Shown here: in pieces, positions 18,734 through 29,203 of the stretch
How the letters are laid out: each line of letters begins with the position of its first letter
How positions within the stretch are numbered: the stretch's first letter is position 1
Source: Candidatus Levyibacteriota bacterium
Lineage (GTDB): Bacteria > Patescibacteriota > Microgenomatia > Levybacterales > UBA12049
NCBI GenBank assembly: GCA_016186625.1
Contig: JACPLG010000003.1
Coordinates: forward strand, 9,645 to 73,644
Direction: 5' to 3'
DNA: 64,000 nucleotides
Notes under the pieces: model-generated
Databases searched by the model: none
Seen by the model: the letters and a program-made list of their open reading frames with translations, nothing else
What the model was told of the DNA's origin: nothing
Position numbers and translations under genes: made by a program

Positions 18734-19372
18734 TCAATTACCTGGTTCTACATTAATATTTCGCTCAAGCACACTCACTCTTCCAAACTTATTTTCAACC
18801 TGAAAAATAAGCGTCCTTCGTCCCGGAAAAACGCTGATTTGTTTTTTAAAATTCCCATCACTATCAATCGGGATCTGCTCCCCATCAACAGTGAGTGTTG
18901 CATTTGGATCTGTTTCTCCTTCTACCTCAACAGTTAAGGAGTTAATTGTTTGGTTTTCGGAAGGAGAATCAACTTCCAGACCTGGGTCAAAAAGAGCAGA
19001 TCTATACTGAAAAAATAAAAAAGCAACAACAACTATAAGAACTACACTTATTAGAAATGTACTTCTTCCTATTTTAAATTTAGGAATAGAAAATTCTGCG
19101 GAAGTAAGACCTTTTGGTAGAACTTCAATTGATCTTTTTTCATCAAATTCGCGTCTGAAAAGTGCCAGAGTCTTTTCAACGGGAAGCCCTAGGAATTTTG
19201 CATAATTGCGCACAAACCCATAAGCATAGGCTGGGGAAGGAAGTTTTTTATGATCTCCCCGCTCAATTGCCTCTAGAAACTCTTCTCTTATTTTTGTAGC
19301 TTTTGCTACCTCTTCTATGGACAAATTTTGTTTTTTGCGCTCTTCTGCAAACTGCGCACCTACTCTTATCAT
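18734..19372 (-). CDS. RodZ-like HTH protein (HTH, TM, Ig-like)
   Basis: EERKKQNLSIEEVAKATKIR..LEAIE..GFVRNYAKFLGL, downstream of ftsK. Confidence 0.85.
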   Translation of the reverse strand: MIRVGAQFAEERKKQNLSIEEVAKATKIREEFLEAIERGDHKKLPSPAYAYGFVRNYAKFLGLPVEKTLALFRREFDEKRSIEVLPKGLTSAEFSIPKFKIGRSTFLISVVLIVVVAFLFFQYRSALFDPGLEVDSPSENQTINSLTVEVEGETDPNATLTVDGEQIPIDSDGNFKKQISVFPGRRTLIFQVENKFGRVSVLERNINVEPGN

Positions 19373-19381
19373 TGTTTTCGG

Positions 19382-21469
19382 TTAAACCTGCTGTTCTCCT
19401 ATTATTTGGGAAGGGTCTTTAATTAAAACGTCTCGAGGCTTGCTGCCTTCAGCATGTCCCACAATTCCCTCTGACTCAAGCTGGTCCAAGATTCGGGCAG
19501 CTCTGGAGTATCCGATTGAAAGACGGCGTTGAAGAAGGGAAGCTGATGCTTTATCATATTCACAGATTATTCTCACCGCATCCGCAAATAAATTGTCTCT
19601 CCCGTCCGCTCCCGTGCCGAGACCTGCTCTTTTAGAAGTGTATGGCGTTGAAACAATTTCCTCGGTATACTCAACTGCCGGAGATTTTGCCTTAAGAAAA
19701 TCAACCAACTTTTTTACTTCTTTTTCCGAAATGTACGCTCCCTGAATGCGAGTTGGTTTGGCTTGATCAGGAGGAATATAAAGCATATCTCCTCGGCCCA
19801 GCAACTTTTCACCCCCGGGCATATCTATAATTACCCGCGAATCTATCATTGATGTAACATTAAATGCAATTCTGCAAGGGATATTTGCTTTTATTAAACC
19901 TGTAATAACGTCGACTGACGGACGTTGTGTTGAAACGATAAGATGTATGCCTGTTGCGCGGGCCATCTGGGCAAGACGGGCAATTGTATCTTCAACCTCA
20001 ACCGGAGCAAAGGCCATCAAATCTGCAAGCTCATCAATAAAAATAACTATATAGGGAAGCGCCTGAAACCCTGCAAGCTCATTATAACCATCAATATTTC
20101 TAACTCCCCTCTCGGCAAATGTTTTGTAGCGCCGATCCATTTCATTTGTTGCCCACTTAAGAGCAGAAAGTATTTTTTCAACGTCAACTATAATAGGTAC
20201 CATCAAATGCGGAATTCCGTTATATCCGGTTAATTCCACCCTTTTTGGATCTATCAGAATTAATTTTACCTCCTCAGGGCTGGCGCGAAACAATAGGGAA
20301 GAAATAAACGAATTCATTAGAACTGATTTTCCTGATCCTGTTGTTCCGGCAACTAAAACATGGGGCATTTTCCCAATATCTGCAATAATCGGATTCCCGG
20401 ATACATCAAGCCCTAGGGAGACTATAAGCTTTGATTTGCTCTTCCGCATAAGGTCTGAGGAAAGCATTGTTCTAAGAGGTACTATTTCTAAGGATCTATT
20501 GGGAATTTCTATTCCAACCAGATTTCTTCCGGGAATTGGAGCTTCAATTCTGATTTGTCCCGTAGGGGCACGGGTATTGAGTGCAAGGTCGTTTGCCAGT
20601 GACGTAATTCTAGAAACTTTGGTGCCCAAGGCAATTTCAAGCGCGTATTGTGTTACTGCCGGGCCTAAGTTTACTTCGACTACTTTTGCGGTAATTCCAA
20701 AGCTCTGAAGTGTTTTCTCAATTACGGTGGCTGTCTCTTTTGGGTCTCCCCGGTCAGCTTTTCCTCCTTCCATCTCGGAAAGCAAATCAAGCGGCGGATA
20801 TTCCCAGATAAGTCCTGATGAAAGTTTATTTGAAACAAGTTTTTCTGAAATTAAAGATTCGTCTCTTTTCACAGCGTTTGAAACAATTGCCGGACCCCCC
20901 TTATTAAACTGGGAATCTTTAATTGTCATTTGTCTGTTAAGAAACGAGTCTGTCTTTTTCTTAAAAAATGAGGCCGGGACTAATTTGCCAATTGTTTTTT
21001 TGACTCCTAATAACCCTTTGACAATTTCATCCACCGAGGTATCAAATAAAACTACCAGGCCAATAAATATTCCTGCCAAAAATACCATAAAAGTTCCAAT
21101 CGGAGAAATAACTTCAGAAACATTGGCAAAAAGGAGCTGTCCTAGGTAGCCTGATCTAAAAAGTACAACTGCTGAACCGAATACCAATAGAAACCCAATA
21201 GCGACATTTGGACGAGATAGGGCGAATTTTGTTTTAAAAAATAAAAACCCAAAAAGAATTAGAACAAATCCTAGAAAAAATGAGAAAGGTCCAAAATATT
21301 GTCTGATGAGCGTATTGACGTAGATAAAATTGCTGCCGTAGCCTGTAAATGAGAGGAAAATGAAAAATCCTGCTAAAATCAGCCCAAATGCAAAAATGGT
21401 ATAAATTGTCTTTTTTCTTAGCTTTACTCTAAATTTAGCACGCCTACCGTAAGGCCCACGTCTTGCCAT
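19382..21469 (-). CDS. ftsK: DNA translocase FtsK/SpoIIIE
   Basis: 4-TM N-terminus; PHVLVAGTTGSGKS, IDELADLM, STQRPS and gamma-domain LQRRLSIGYSRAAR. Confidence 0.97.
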   Translation of the reverse strand: MARRGPYGRRAKFRVKLRKKTIYTIFAFGLILAGFFIFLSFTGYGSNFIYVNTLIRQYFGPFSFFLGFVLILFGFLFFKTKFALSRPNVAIGFLLVFGSAVVLFRSGYLGQLLFANVSEVISPIGTFMVFLAGIFIGLVVLFDTSVDEIVKGLLGVKKTIGKLVPASFFKKKTDSFLNRQMTIKDSQFNKGGPAIVSNAVKRDESLISEKLVSNKLSSGLIWEYPPLDLLSEMEGGKADRGDPKETATVIEKTLQSFGITAKVVEVNLGPAVTQYALEIALGTKVSRITSLANDLALNTRAPTGQIRIEAPIPGRNLVGIEIPNRSLEIVPLRTMLSSDLMRKSKSKLIVSLGLDVSGNPIIADIGKMPHVLVAGTTGSGKSVLMNSFISSLLFRASPEEVKLILIDPKRVELTGYNGIPHLMVPIIVDVEKILSALKWATNEMDRRYKTFAERGVRNIDGYNELAGFQALPYIVIFIDELADLMAFAPVEVEDTIARLAQMARATGIHLIVSTQRPSVDVITGLIKANIPCRIAFNVTSMIDSRVIIDMPGGEKLLGRGDMLYIPPDQAKPTRIQGAYISEKEVKKLVDFLKAKSPAVEYTEEIVSTPYTSKRAGLGTGADGRDNLFADAVRIICEYDKASASLLQRRLSIGYSRAARILDQLESEGIVGHAEGSKPRDVLIKDPSQIIGEQQV

Positions 21470-21531
21470 AATAACTTATTATAAACGCTAGGATAAAGGA
21501 GTACAAGAAAAGAGGGGAAGAGAGAAGTATG

Positions 21532-21810
21532 TTATCCCTCTCCGTTGGATTTCCGATAAACAGTGTCACCTTCACCGAGCCTTTTTATTGCGATAGGTGC
21601 TCTTTGCAAACCCAAATCAGGAGAAAAAAATATTAATTCTGCTTGGGCATTTCCTTCCCTATCTACACTTATTCCTAATCCCTCAGCTATGAATCTTCCC
21701 CCTCTTAATCCTTGCTGCCACCTAATCAAATCATATTTTGCTAAACTTCCGCGGCCCATACTTCCCGCTTTGGCTACATCCATTGGTGTAGGCGTTCCTC
21801 GATCTGTCAT
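21532..21810 (-). CDS. Hypothetical protein
   Basis: Likely start MTDRG at 21810; the track's upstream extension runs through repeats. Confidence 0.45.
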   Translation of the reverse strand: MTDRGTPTPMDVAKAGSMGRGSLAKYDLIRWQQGLRGGRFIAEGLGISVDREGNAQAELIFFSPDLGLQRAPIAIKRLGEGDTVYRKSNGEG

Positions 21811-21959
21811 GCGAACATAATAGATTAATAAATTTAGGATATCTTGACTCAAAAACAATTTTTTTCTGACACATTCCTGACAAAAGAATATATCAAATAG
21901 TAAAAAGTAAATAGAGAATATACATAGAAAATATGAGATAGAATAGCCGGCGGGTGTCC

Positions 21960-22112
21960 CCAATATCAGAATACTCAGAAAACTCAGATTGCCAGAGAAT
22001 TCAGATGATCCGATTTTCAGAAACCCGGAATTCTGAAACACTGGTTTTCCGAGAATATCTGGTCTGCTGAGTATTCCGAGTTTTCCGAAACTAGACGGAC
22101 TCTGGATATTTG
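21960..22112. repeat. About 150-bp imperfect inverted repeat built of about 9-nt units
   Basis: AATACTCAG/AAAACTCAG units mirrored by CTGAGTATT/CCGAGTTTT; terminal AATATC..GATATT. Confidence 0.6.
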
Positions 22113-22147
22113 CCAAACCAAATCTAAACAATTAAAATTGAAGCCTA

Positions 22148-23439
22148 TGAATCCGAATTTAATAGAGCAAAGCTATCCTATTGACTTTCGCAAAGATGAG
22201 GCGCAAAGTCTTGGAAATCATATCAAGAACCGCCGCTCTGTGGTCTTGGCCGGAATGAAAAGGGTAGGAATTAGTAATTTCTTACGTTTCTTTTTATATC
22301 ACGACGAGATTGCAAAAAAATATTTAGACGATAAGAACTATTTCATAGTTCCAGTGGACCTTAACGATTTAGTAGAGCGGGAGATTTATCCCTTCTGGGT
22401 TCTCACTTTCAAGCGCTTGGCGGATGCTGTTGAAAAGAGGGATATGCCCCAAAAAATCAAAAAGCAAATTGATTTTTATTTTTCAGACAGCATCCAGTCT
22501 CAAGATCTATTCTTAACGATTGATTTTTTGCGAAAGAGCTTGGTCCTTTTATGTGATCAGGGCTATCTTCCTACCATTTTTCTCATAAGATTTGATCGTA
22601 TGAAAGATGCGCTAAGTCATGATCTTTTTGCAAATATCCAGGGACTTTTGGACGCAACACATAATAGGCTTTCATATATATTTACCAGCGCAAGAGCGCT
22701 TGATCATATTGAACCTTCTATTTTTACCCGTCAGGAGGTATTGGTTTTCTCTGATAACGTTTATGTAAAACCTGCCAAAAAAATAGATGCGCAAATTATT
22801 TTTAATTCAAGCATTAAGCAATATAATTTAAAGCTAAACGGTCAAGCAGTAAAAGAATTGCTCAGGCTGGTTGACGGTCATGCTCAATATCTTTTATTTG
22901 CTCTGATTTCCTTAAAAGAACTTGGTCCAAACATAAAAACAAATGAACTTTTTGAATTTCTAAAAAAAGATGAGCGAATTTCTTTGCAGTCCGAAGAGCT
23001 ATGGGAAAGTTTAACCTCAACTGAGCAGGATATTTTATTAAAGATAGTTGGTAAAAAAGGGCTGTCAGACAAAGAATTCAAACAAGCTGAATATTTAATT
23101 AATACCGGATTTTTTGATTCAAAAACTCTTAAAATTTTTAGTCCTATTTTTAATCACTTTATTAAAACTAAGGCGGAAGAAAAGAAGAAAGAAAAAGGAG
23201 GAGGGGAATTTTCAAAAAAAGAAAATCTTCTTTTAACTTTTCTTGAGGAAAACAAAAATGAGATTTGCGAAAGAGAGCAAATTATAGAAGCAGTCTGGCC
23301 GGAGACTGAAAGCTTAGGTGTGACTGACTGGGCAATTGACAGATTGGTTGCAAGAGTGAGAAATAAACTTAAAGACCGTGATAAGAATTACGAAATTGTC
23401 ACTATTAAAACCCGTGGTTATAAATTAATTGATAAATAA
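22148..23439 (+). CDS. Degenerate P-loop (AAA/STAND-like) protein with C-terminal OmpR-type winged helix
   Basis: GMKRVGIS at the Walker A position; FLIRFD at the Walker B position; REQIIEAVW..AIDRLVARVRNKL..TIKTRGY. Confidence 0.75.
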
Positions 23440-23441
23440 TA

Positions 23442-24038
23442 ATGGATAAAGCTTTTGCGCATTTTAAAAAAGTTGACTCCGCTCTTTATGAAATCGCACT
23501 TCAAGTTGAGCTAAAAGAACTTGTCAAACCAGAAGATCCTTTTGTTGATTTGGTTGAGTCAATTATTAATCAGCAGTTATCAGATAAAGCAGCCGCATCG
23601 ATATTTGGAAGATTCAAAAAATTATTTCCCCGCGAACAAATAAGTCCCGAAAAACTTCTCAAATTATCAGATCAAAAAATAAGAAAAGCCGGTATTTCTT
23701 TCAGCAAAATAAAATACATAAAAGGAATCGCGAAGGAAATAAAAGATAATAAATTAAATCTAATATCTCTCGAAGGTTTAGCTGATGAAGAAGTTATAAA
23801 TGAACTAACTAAACTTAAAGGAGTAGGACAGTGGACTGCAGAAATGTTTTTAATGTTCACTCTAGGAAGAAAAGATGTTTTTTCAACTGGTGATTTAGGA
23901 CTTCAGAATGCTATGATCAAACTATATAAACTTAAAAACAAACCCAACCGAGAAAAAATTTTGGAAATTTCTTCTAAATGGTCGCCATACAGAACTATTG
24001 CCAGTCGAATCCTCTGGAAGAGTCTTGAGCTTAAATAA
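23442..24038 (+). CDS. alkA: DNA-3-methyladenine glycosylase II (AlkA/HhH-GPD)
   Basis: SIINQQLS, LKGVGQWTAEMFLMF, DLGL and WSPYRT motifs. Confidence 0.92.
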   Translation: MDKAFAHFKKVDSALYEIALQVELKELVKPEDPFVDLVESIINQQLSDKAAASIFGRFKKLFPREQISPEKLLKLSDQKIRKAGISFSKIKYIKGIAKEIKDNKLNLISLEGLADEEVINELTKLKGVGQWTAEMFLMFTLGRKDVFSTGDLGLQNAMIKLYKLKNKPNREKILEISSKWSPYRTIASRILWKSLELK

Positions 24039-24045
24039 CCAACTA

Positions 24046-24720
24046 TCAAACTAGCTCCCAGACGTTAAGGTCACCATTTTTAAGAGGGATTTCACCCTTC
24101 CAGCCTTTTACAACCATATCTGCAACCGCTCCCGGATCTGCACCTGTTTGAAAATTCCACATTTCGGTCTTCACAGCGCCCGGTGAAACACTAAAAATTT
24201 TAAGATCCGGATACTCAAGCGCCAAACTTTTGGTGAAACCGATCACTCCGAACTTCGTCGCACAATATACGCTTCTTCCGGGGTAGGGGATATGTCCTGC
24301 GCGGCTGGAAATATTAATTATTCCTTCTTTAATCTGCGGAAGAGCGGCACAAGTCATTTTAATCATCCCTTCAAGATTTGTCCTTAGTTGGTTTTCTATC
24401 TCTTCAAATGTTTCTTGCTCAAATTTCTCCCAGCCTATTACCCCTGCATTATTAATTAATATATCAATATGACCAAATTTCTCTTCGGTTTTAGTGATAG
24501 CGTCCTTAATACTTGTATCTTCTTTAATATTTAATTTAACTACCAAAACTTCAGGGGAGCCAAGCTGAGCGCATTTGTCTGCCACTTTTTGCGCGCCCGC
24601 ACCATCACTGTTATAAGTAACAACTATTCTTGCTTTTTCTTTGGCAAAAGCATAGGCAATTGCTTCTCCAATACCTTTGCTTGCGCCTGTTATTAAGACA
24701 ATTTTATTTGATAAATCCAT
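24046..24720 (-). CDS. SDR family oxidoreductase
   Basis: TGASKGIG, NNAG and YCATK motifs. Confidence 0.95.
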   Translation of the reverse strand: MDLSNKIVLITGASKGIGEAIAYAFAKEKARIVVTYNSDGAGAQKVADKCAQLGSPEVLVVKLNIKEDTSIKDAITKTEEKFGHIDILINNAGVIGWEKFEQETFEEIENQLRTNLEGMIKMTCAALPQIKEGIINISSRAGHIPYPGRSVYCATKFGVIGFTKSLALEYPDLKIFSVSPGAVKTEMWNFQTGADPGAVADMVVKGWKGEIPLKNGDLNVWELV

Positions 24721-25163
24721 TAATTACCTCTTTGGTAAGTTCCCACAAGCTGCGCTTTATCAATAATGCTCCCATCTATCTCTCTTTCCAACTCTTCACG
24801 GCTAATATTTGGGGTTATATTTAACTTTCTGTTGAGCGCATAAATCTTAAAATAATAATGGTGCATGCCAGTTGGAGGACACGGAGGAAAATAGCCAACT
24901 CTACCCCCGCTGTTTAAACCCTGGATTGCTCCTTCAGGAACCCCTCCTTCTGGAATTTCTTTGATTTGGGGAGAAATGTTCCACATCATCCAGTGTGTGA
25001 AAGTACCATTTGGAGCGTCCGGATCATCCATTATTAGGGCTAGGCTTTGTGCATTGGCAGGAGTTTCCAAGATATCCAGATGAGGATTTATATTATCTCC
25101 ATCGCATGTATAAATTGTGGGAATTATTTGATTTTCCGAAAAAACAGGACTTTTTATTTTCAT
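24720..25163 (-). CDS. YbhB/YbcL PEBP-family protein
   Basis: YTCDG, MDDPDAP..FTHW and PCPP..HHYYF motifs. Confidence 0.93.
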   Translation of the reverse strand: MKIKSPVFSENQIIPTIYTCDGDNINPHLDILETPANAQSLALIMDDPDAPNGTFTHWMMWNISPQIKEIPEGGVPEGAIQGLNSGGRVGYFPPCPPTGMHHYYFKIYALNRKLNITPNISREELEREIDGSIIDKAQLVGTYQRGN

Positions 25164-25259
25164 AGTTCGATTTTCCTCACTGATCTCTTCGAGTCCGAGC
25201 CCTCAGAGTCGAGGACCTGAGCGGAGTCGAACGGATCATGATTTAATTTTAACCCTTAA

Positions 25260-25910
25260 ATCAAAAAAAGCAAGCTAATAATAATTCTCCTTGGTGCAGG
25301 AGGAGTTTTTTTATATAGCAGAAATAGTTCGCAGGAGCTTCAGCCAAATACGACAACCTCCGAAACTTCGCAAAATACACAATCAAGCTTAGGTAATACT
25401 CTTACATCACTTCTTAAATCTGGGAAAACTCAGCAGTGCAGTTTTTCTTATACAGATGCTGATGGGAGCTCCTCGCAGGGCGTTGCTTACATGTCGGGAA
25501 ATAAAATGCGAACTAATGTCATAATTACCTCCGATAACAAGCAATCAAACATTTATGTAATTAGGGATGGTGATACCAACTATATTTGGGGGTCTGAATT
25601 TCCTGATAATTCCGGGATTAAAATGACATTGAACTTAGATGAATTTGAAACTAGCGAGGACTCCAAAAAATATTTTGACCCAACAAGAAAAGTAGATTAT
25701 AAATGCAACGCCTGGACTGCTAACACAGCTATTTTTATCCCCCCATCAAACATTAAATTTTCCGACCTCTCGGAAATGATCCAGAGTATGATGAAGGTGT
25801 CTGTCACACCAACCAGTCTCCAAACATCGCCATCAGCTTCAAACTGCAGTATTTGCAATTCCTTAACAGGGGAGGCAAAAGACGCTTGTTTGCAACAGCT
25901 TGGCTGCTAA
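25260..25910 (+). pseudogene. Secreted/membrane-anchored hypothetical protein whose 5' end lacks a canonical start
   Basis: Frame open from 25260 (IKKSKLIIILLGAGGVFLY...) right after a TAA; first ATG only at 25491; Cys-rich C-terminus. Confidence 0.5.
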
Positions 25911-25957
25911 GTCCTTATTTGACTCTCATTTAAAAATCGTGTTAATATAAATAGGTA

Positions 25958-26446
25958 TTGAGAAAAAATCCGCTAATTCTTCTGGCAATTTTAATCCCTA
26001 CAGTAATTATAGCAATTTTGCTAGCATTTAATTTTACTGGGCGAAGTGTTAATCCCTTTGCCTCTCCGACTCCATTCCCAACCATTGCTTCGGATTCCGA
26101 AACAATATCTGATTCTATTACAACTGCTCCGGCTTCATCTGAAAATATTGAAATTCTATCGCCTCGCTCAGGAGACACTGTTGGGTCAGGCTTTGCTGTC
26201 AAAGGAAATGCCCGTACTTTTGAAAGTAATGTTGTAATTAGATTACTGGACTCAGAAGGCAATGTTTTAATTGAAACATATACTACTGCAAACGCGCCGG
26301 ACGCAGGGCAATTTGGCCCCTTTGAAAAAGTACTGGAGTTTCAAACAGATGATTCAGCCGGAACTTTAGATGTTTTCCAATACAGCGCAAAAGACGGCTC
26401 AGAAATTGACAAAGTCACAATCCCTGTCATTTTTAAGAAAAACTAA
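25958..26446 (+). CDS. Gmad2 immunoglobulin-like domain protein
   Basis: N-terminal TM; NIEILSP, GNARTFE, GQFGPF and SAKDG motifs. Confidence 0.8.
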   Translation: MRKNPLILLAILIPTVIIAILLAFNFTGRSVNPFASPTPFPTIASDSETISDSITTAPASSENIEILSPRSGDTVGSGFAVKGNARTFESNVVIRLLDSEGNVLIETYTTANAPDAGQFGPFEKVLEFQTDDSAGTLDVFQYSAKDGSEIDKVTIPVIFKKN

Positions 26447-28098
26447 ACCTCAATAACTACCGGGAGGACCAGAGGGCGACGTTTGAGTTTTTTAACTAAA
26501 AACTTTTCAGCAATATTTCCTATTGTTCTTCTCATGTAAGTCCAATCAGTCACTTTATTCTTCTTAGGTTTTAAATTATTTCTTATTTCCGCTGACAAAC
26601 CGTTAATCAGCTCATTAACTTCCATGCCTGAAAATCCTCTGACAATAATGTTTGGCCGCTCCACCAAGCCCCCATATGTGTCTATTTCACAAAGAACAAT
26701 TACTACTCCCTCTTTTGAAATTTTCTCCCTATCTCTGAGAACAAACGTATCAACCTCCTCACCTGATACTTGGTCAACATAGACATTTTGTAAATGAATT
26801 TTATTGCCGAGTCTGGCACTGTCTTTTGTGAACGAAATTTCTTGTCCGTCATCCGCAAGCAAAACGTTCTTTTCCGAAAATCCATTTTTAATAGCTAGAT
26901 TTTTATACGCTATCATATGTTTATACGTCCCCCCAATTGGCAAAACGAAGTTTGGCCTGGTTAGCGCCATCATCAAAGACAAATCATTCTGACTTCCGTG
27001 TCCTGAAACATGAATTTGTTCTGAAATATCACTATAAATTACCCTGGCGCCAAGTTTTGCAATATCATCAATAAGAGCATTTATTGCTTCTTCATTTCCG
27101 GGAATTGGATCTGATGAAAATACAACTGCGTCTTTTGAAGTTAGGCTAATATCCCGGTGATCCCCATTTGCAATTCTTGACAGAGCCGAGCCTTCCTGCC
27201 CTTGACTGCCTGCAACTAATAAAACTACTTGTTTATCATTGTAATTTCTGATCTGTTTCAAATCTATTTCCATGTCCCTGTCTATTTTCATATATCCCAG
27301 GCTTACTCCCACTTCCATTGCTTTTATAAGTGAGCGGCCAACAAAGCAAACTTTGCGGTTCAAGCTCTTGGCAGCATCAAGCGCTTGATTAAGGCGGGAA
27401 ATGTTAGATGAATAAGTGGTAAAAATAAATTTTCCAGAAGTTGCTCTCATTTCTTCATATATTGTTTCTGCAATTTCATGCTCGGACGCAGTAAAACCGG
27501 GGCGTTCCGATCCTAGACAATCAGACATAAGACACAGCACCCCCTCATCTGTTTTTCTGACGATTTTTGAAAAATCCGTTTTCTTTCCATCATATGGGGT
27601 AAAATCAAATTTAAAGTCTGACCCATGATAGATATTTCCTGCAGGAGTTTTTATAAAAATGTTTGAAGTGTCCGGCACTGAATGGGTAATTCTAATAAAT
27701 GAAATTAGGAAATTTCCAAGTAAAATATCTTTGTCATAGTTAATACTTACTACTTTTTTCGAAATTCCAAATTCTTTGAGTTTTTCATTGGCAAAAGCTG
27801 CAGCAAGAGGGGGCGCAAATATTTCAAATTTACCTCGCAGTTGCGGGAGAATATAGGGAAGTGCTCCCATGTGATCTTCATGCCCGTGTGTTATTGCAAT
27901 GCCAACAATTTTTTTATTTGGATTTTTTGTAAAATAAGTTGTATCCGGAAGCACCAGATCAACTCCTAGCATTGTCTCATCTGCAAACCCCAAACCGCAG
28001 TCTACGATCAAAATTTCATTTTTGTATTCATAAAGATGCATGTTTTTAGTAACATTTGCTACTCCGCCAAGTGAAATATATTTTAAAGTATTATCCAT
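26443..28098 (-). CDS. rnj: Ribonuclease J
   Basis: LGG..VTKNM, THGHEDH, HSVPD, GSQG, HVSGH and RRPLVLP motifs. Confidence 0.95.
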   Translation of the reverse strand: MDNTLKYISLGGVANVTKNMHLYEYKNEILIVDCGLGFADETMLGVDLVLPDTTYFTKNPNKKIVGIAITHGHEDHMGALPYILPQLRGKFEIFAPPLAAAFANEKLKEFGISKKVVSINYDKDILLGNFLISFIRITHSVPDTSNIFIKTPAGNIYHGSDFKFDFTPYDGKKTDFSKIVRKTDEGVLCLMSDCLGSERPGFTASEHEIAETIYEEMRATSGKFIFTTYSSNISRLNQALDAAKSLNRKVCFVGRSLIKAMEVGVSLGYMKIDRDMEIDLKQIRNYNDKQVVLLVAGSQGQEGSALSRIANGDHRDISLTSKDAVVFSSDPIPGNEEAINALIDDIAKLGARVIYSDISEQIHVSGHGSQNDLSLMMALTRPNFVLPIGGTYKHMIAYKNLAIKNGFSEKNVLLADDGQEISFTKDSARLGNKIHLQNVYVDQVSGEEVDTFVLRDREKISKEGVVIVLCEIDTYGGLVERPNIIVRGFSGMEVNELINGLSAEIRNNLKPKKNKVTDWTYMRRTIGNIAEKFLVKKLKRRPLVLPVVIEV

Positions 28099-28100
28099 AA

Positions 28101-29159
28101 TCAGTTTAAGAGAAATTGTGAAATGTTCTTAGAATTAAGTGTAACTTGGGTATTGGCTCCAATTTTGCCTTCAACAATTAGACGTGCAACTTTTCTGCAA
28201 ATTCCTTCAATTGTGCGCTCAAGAGTTCTTATTCCAGAATCATATCCAAGTGGTCTAATAATAATTGGCCAGGTATTATCTTCAATTTTTACTATGTTTG
28301 GAGGAAGTCCGCAAGCTTTCGCAATTTTGGGAAAAAGAAAATTTTTCCCAATCATAAATTTTTCTTCGTCGCTATAGGACGGCATTTGTATAATTTCCAG
28401 CCTATCCAGTACTGCTGTTGCAATATTTGTTGTATTATTTGCAGTTGCAATAAATAAGATCCTGGATAAATCAACCGGATAATCAATGTAATGATCAGTA
28501 AATGCCTGGTTTTGCTCAGGGTCCAAAAGCTCAACTAAAACTCCCATAATATCTGCTCGGGCATCCTCTGTTACGCGATCCAGCTCATCTAAAAGAATCA
28601 CGCAGTTTTTTGATTTTGTATGTATCATTTTTTTAATAATTTGTCCCGGTTCTGCATCTGCAAAAAGGCGAGACTGACCTCTCAAATCCCTAACATCTCC
28701 CATTCCCCCCAAAGGGACTCTTTCAAAATTTCTTCCAAGGCTTTGAGCAATTGAAGCTGCCAATGTTGTTTTCCCTGTTCCAACTAGCCCCACCAAACAG
28801 ATAATCGGGGCACGATTGCCCTTCTGTCCATTCTTAAGATTTAGAATAAGGGAAGCTAAATATTCTAAAATTCTGTCTTTTACATCTTGCAGTCCATAAT
28901 GATTTTTATCAAGCATTTGCTTTGCGAAGCTTAGGTCTAAATTGTCTTTTGTTTCAGCTTCAAATGGAATTTGAGAAATTACATTAAGATAATTTGCAAC
29001 ACTTTCTAAATTACTGTAAGTTCCCCCTTGTCTAAGCGATATTTTTAAAATATTAATCATTCCTTTTGCTTTTTCCAAAAGTTCCGGCGGAAACCGGGCG
29101 GAATTTATTTTCTGGTCTAGAAGTTTGATTTGATTATCTAAGTCCTGGGCAGAATCCAT
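28101..29159 (-). CDS. Lon-like AAA+ module lacking the protease domain
   Basis: HYGL..VKDRILEYLA, GLVGTGKT, LLDELD, LLDPEQN..F.DHY and LDRLEII motifs; ends before any Ser-Lys protease domain. Confidence 0.85.
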   Translation of the reverse strand: MDSAQDLDNQIKLLDQKINSARFPPELLEKAKGMINILKISLRQGGTYSNLESVANYLNVISQIPFEAETKDNLDLSFAKQMLDKNHYGLQDVKDRILEYLASLILNLKNGQKGNRAPIICLVGLVGTGKTTLAASIAQSLGRNFERVPLGGMGDVRDLRGQSRLFADAEPGQIIKKMIHTKSKNCVILLDELDRVTEDARADIMGVLVELLDPEQNQAFTDHYIDYPVDLSRILFIATANNTTNIATAVLDRLEIIQMPSYSDEEKFMIGKNFLFPKIAKACGLPPNIVKIEDNTWPIIIRPLGYDSGIRTLERTIEGICRKVARLIVEGKIGANTQVTLNSKNISQFLLN

Positions 29160-29203
29160 ATATTAATATTACCAGTTAATAGATACTAGATACTAGTTAT
29201 TAG

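Noticed and set aside
21811-22131. Long N-terminus of ORF 21532..22131
   Set aside because: It is a translation of the 9-mer inverted repeat and promoter DNA.
29142-29159. REP-like copy at the lon start (MDSAQD)
   Set aside because: Only a short partial match lacking the CCTTCG arm; may be chance.
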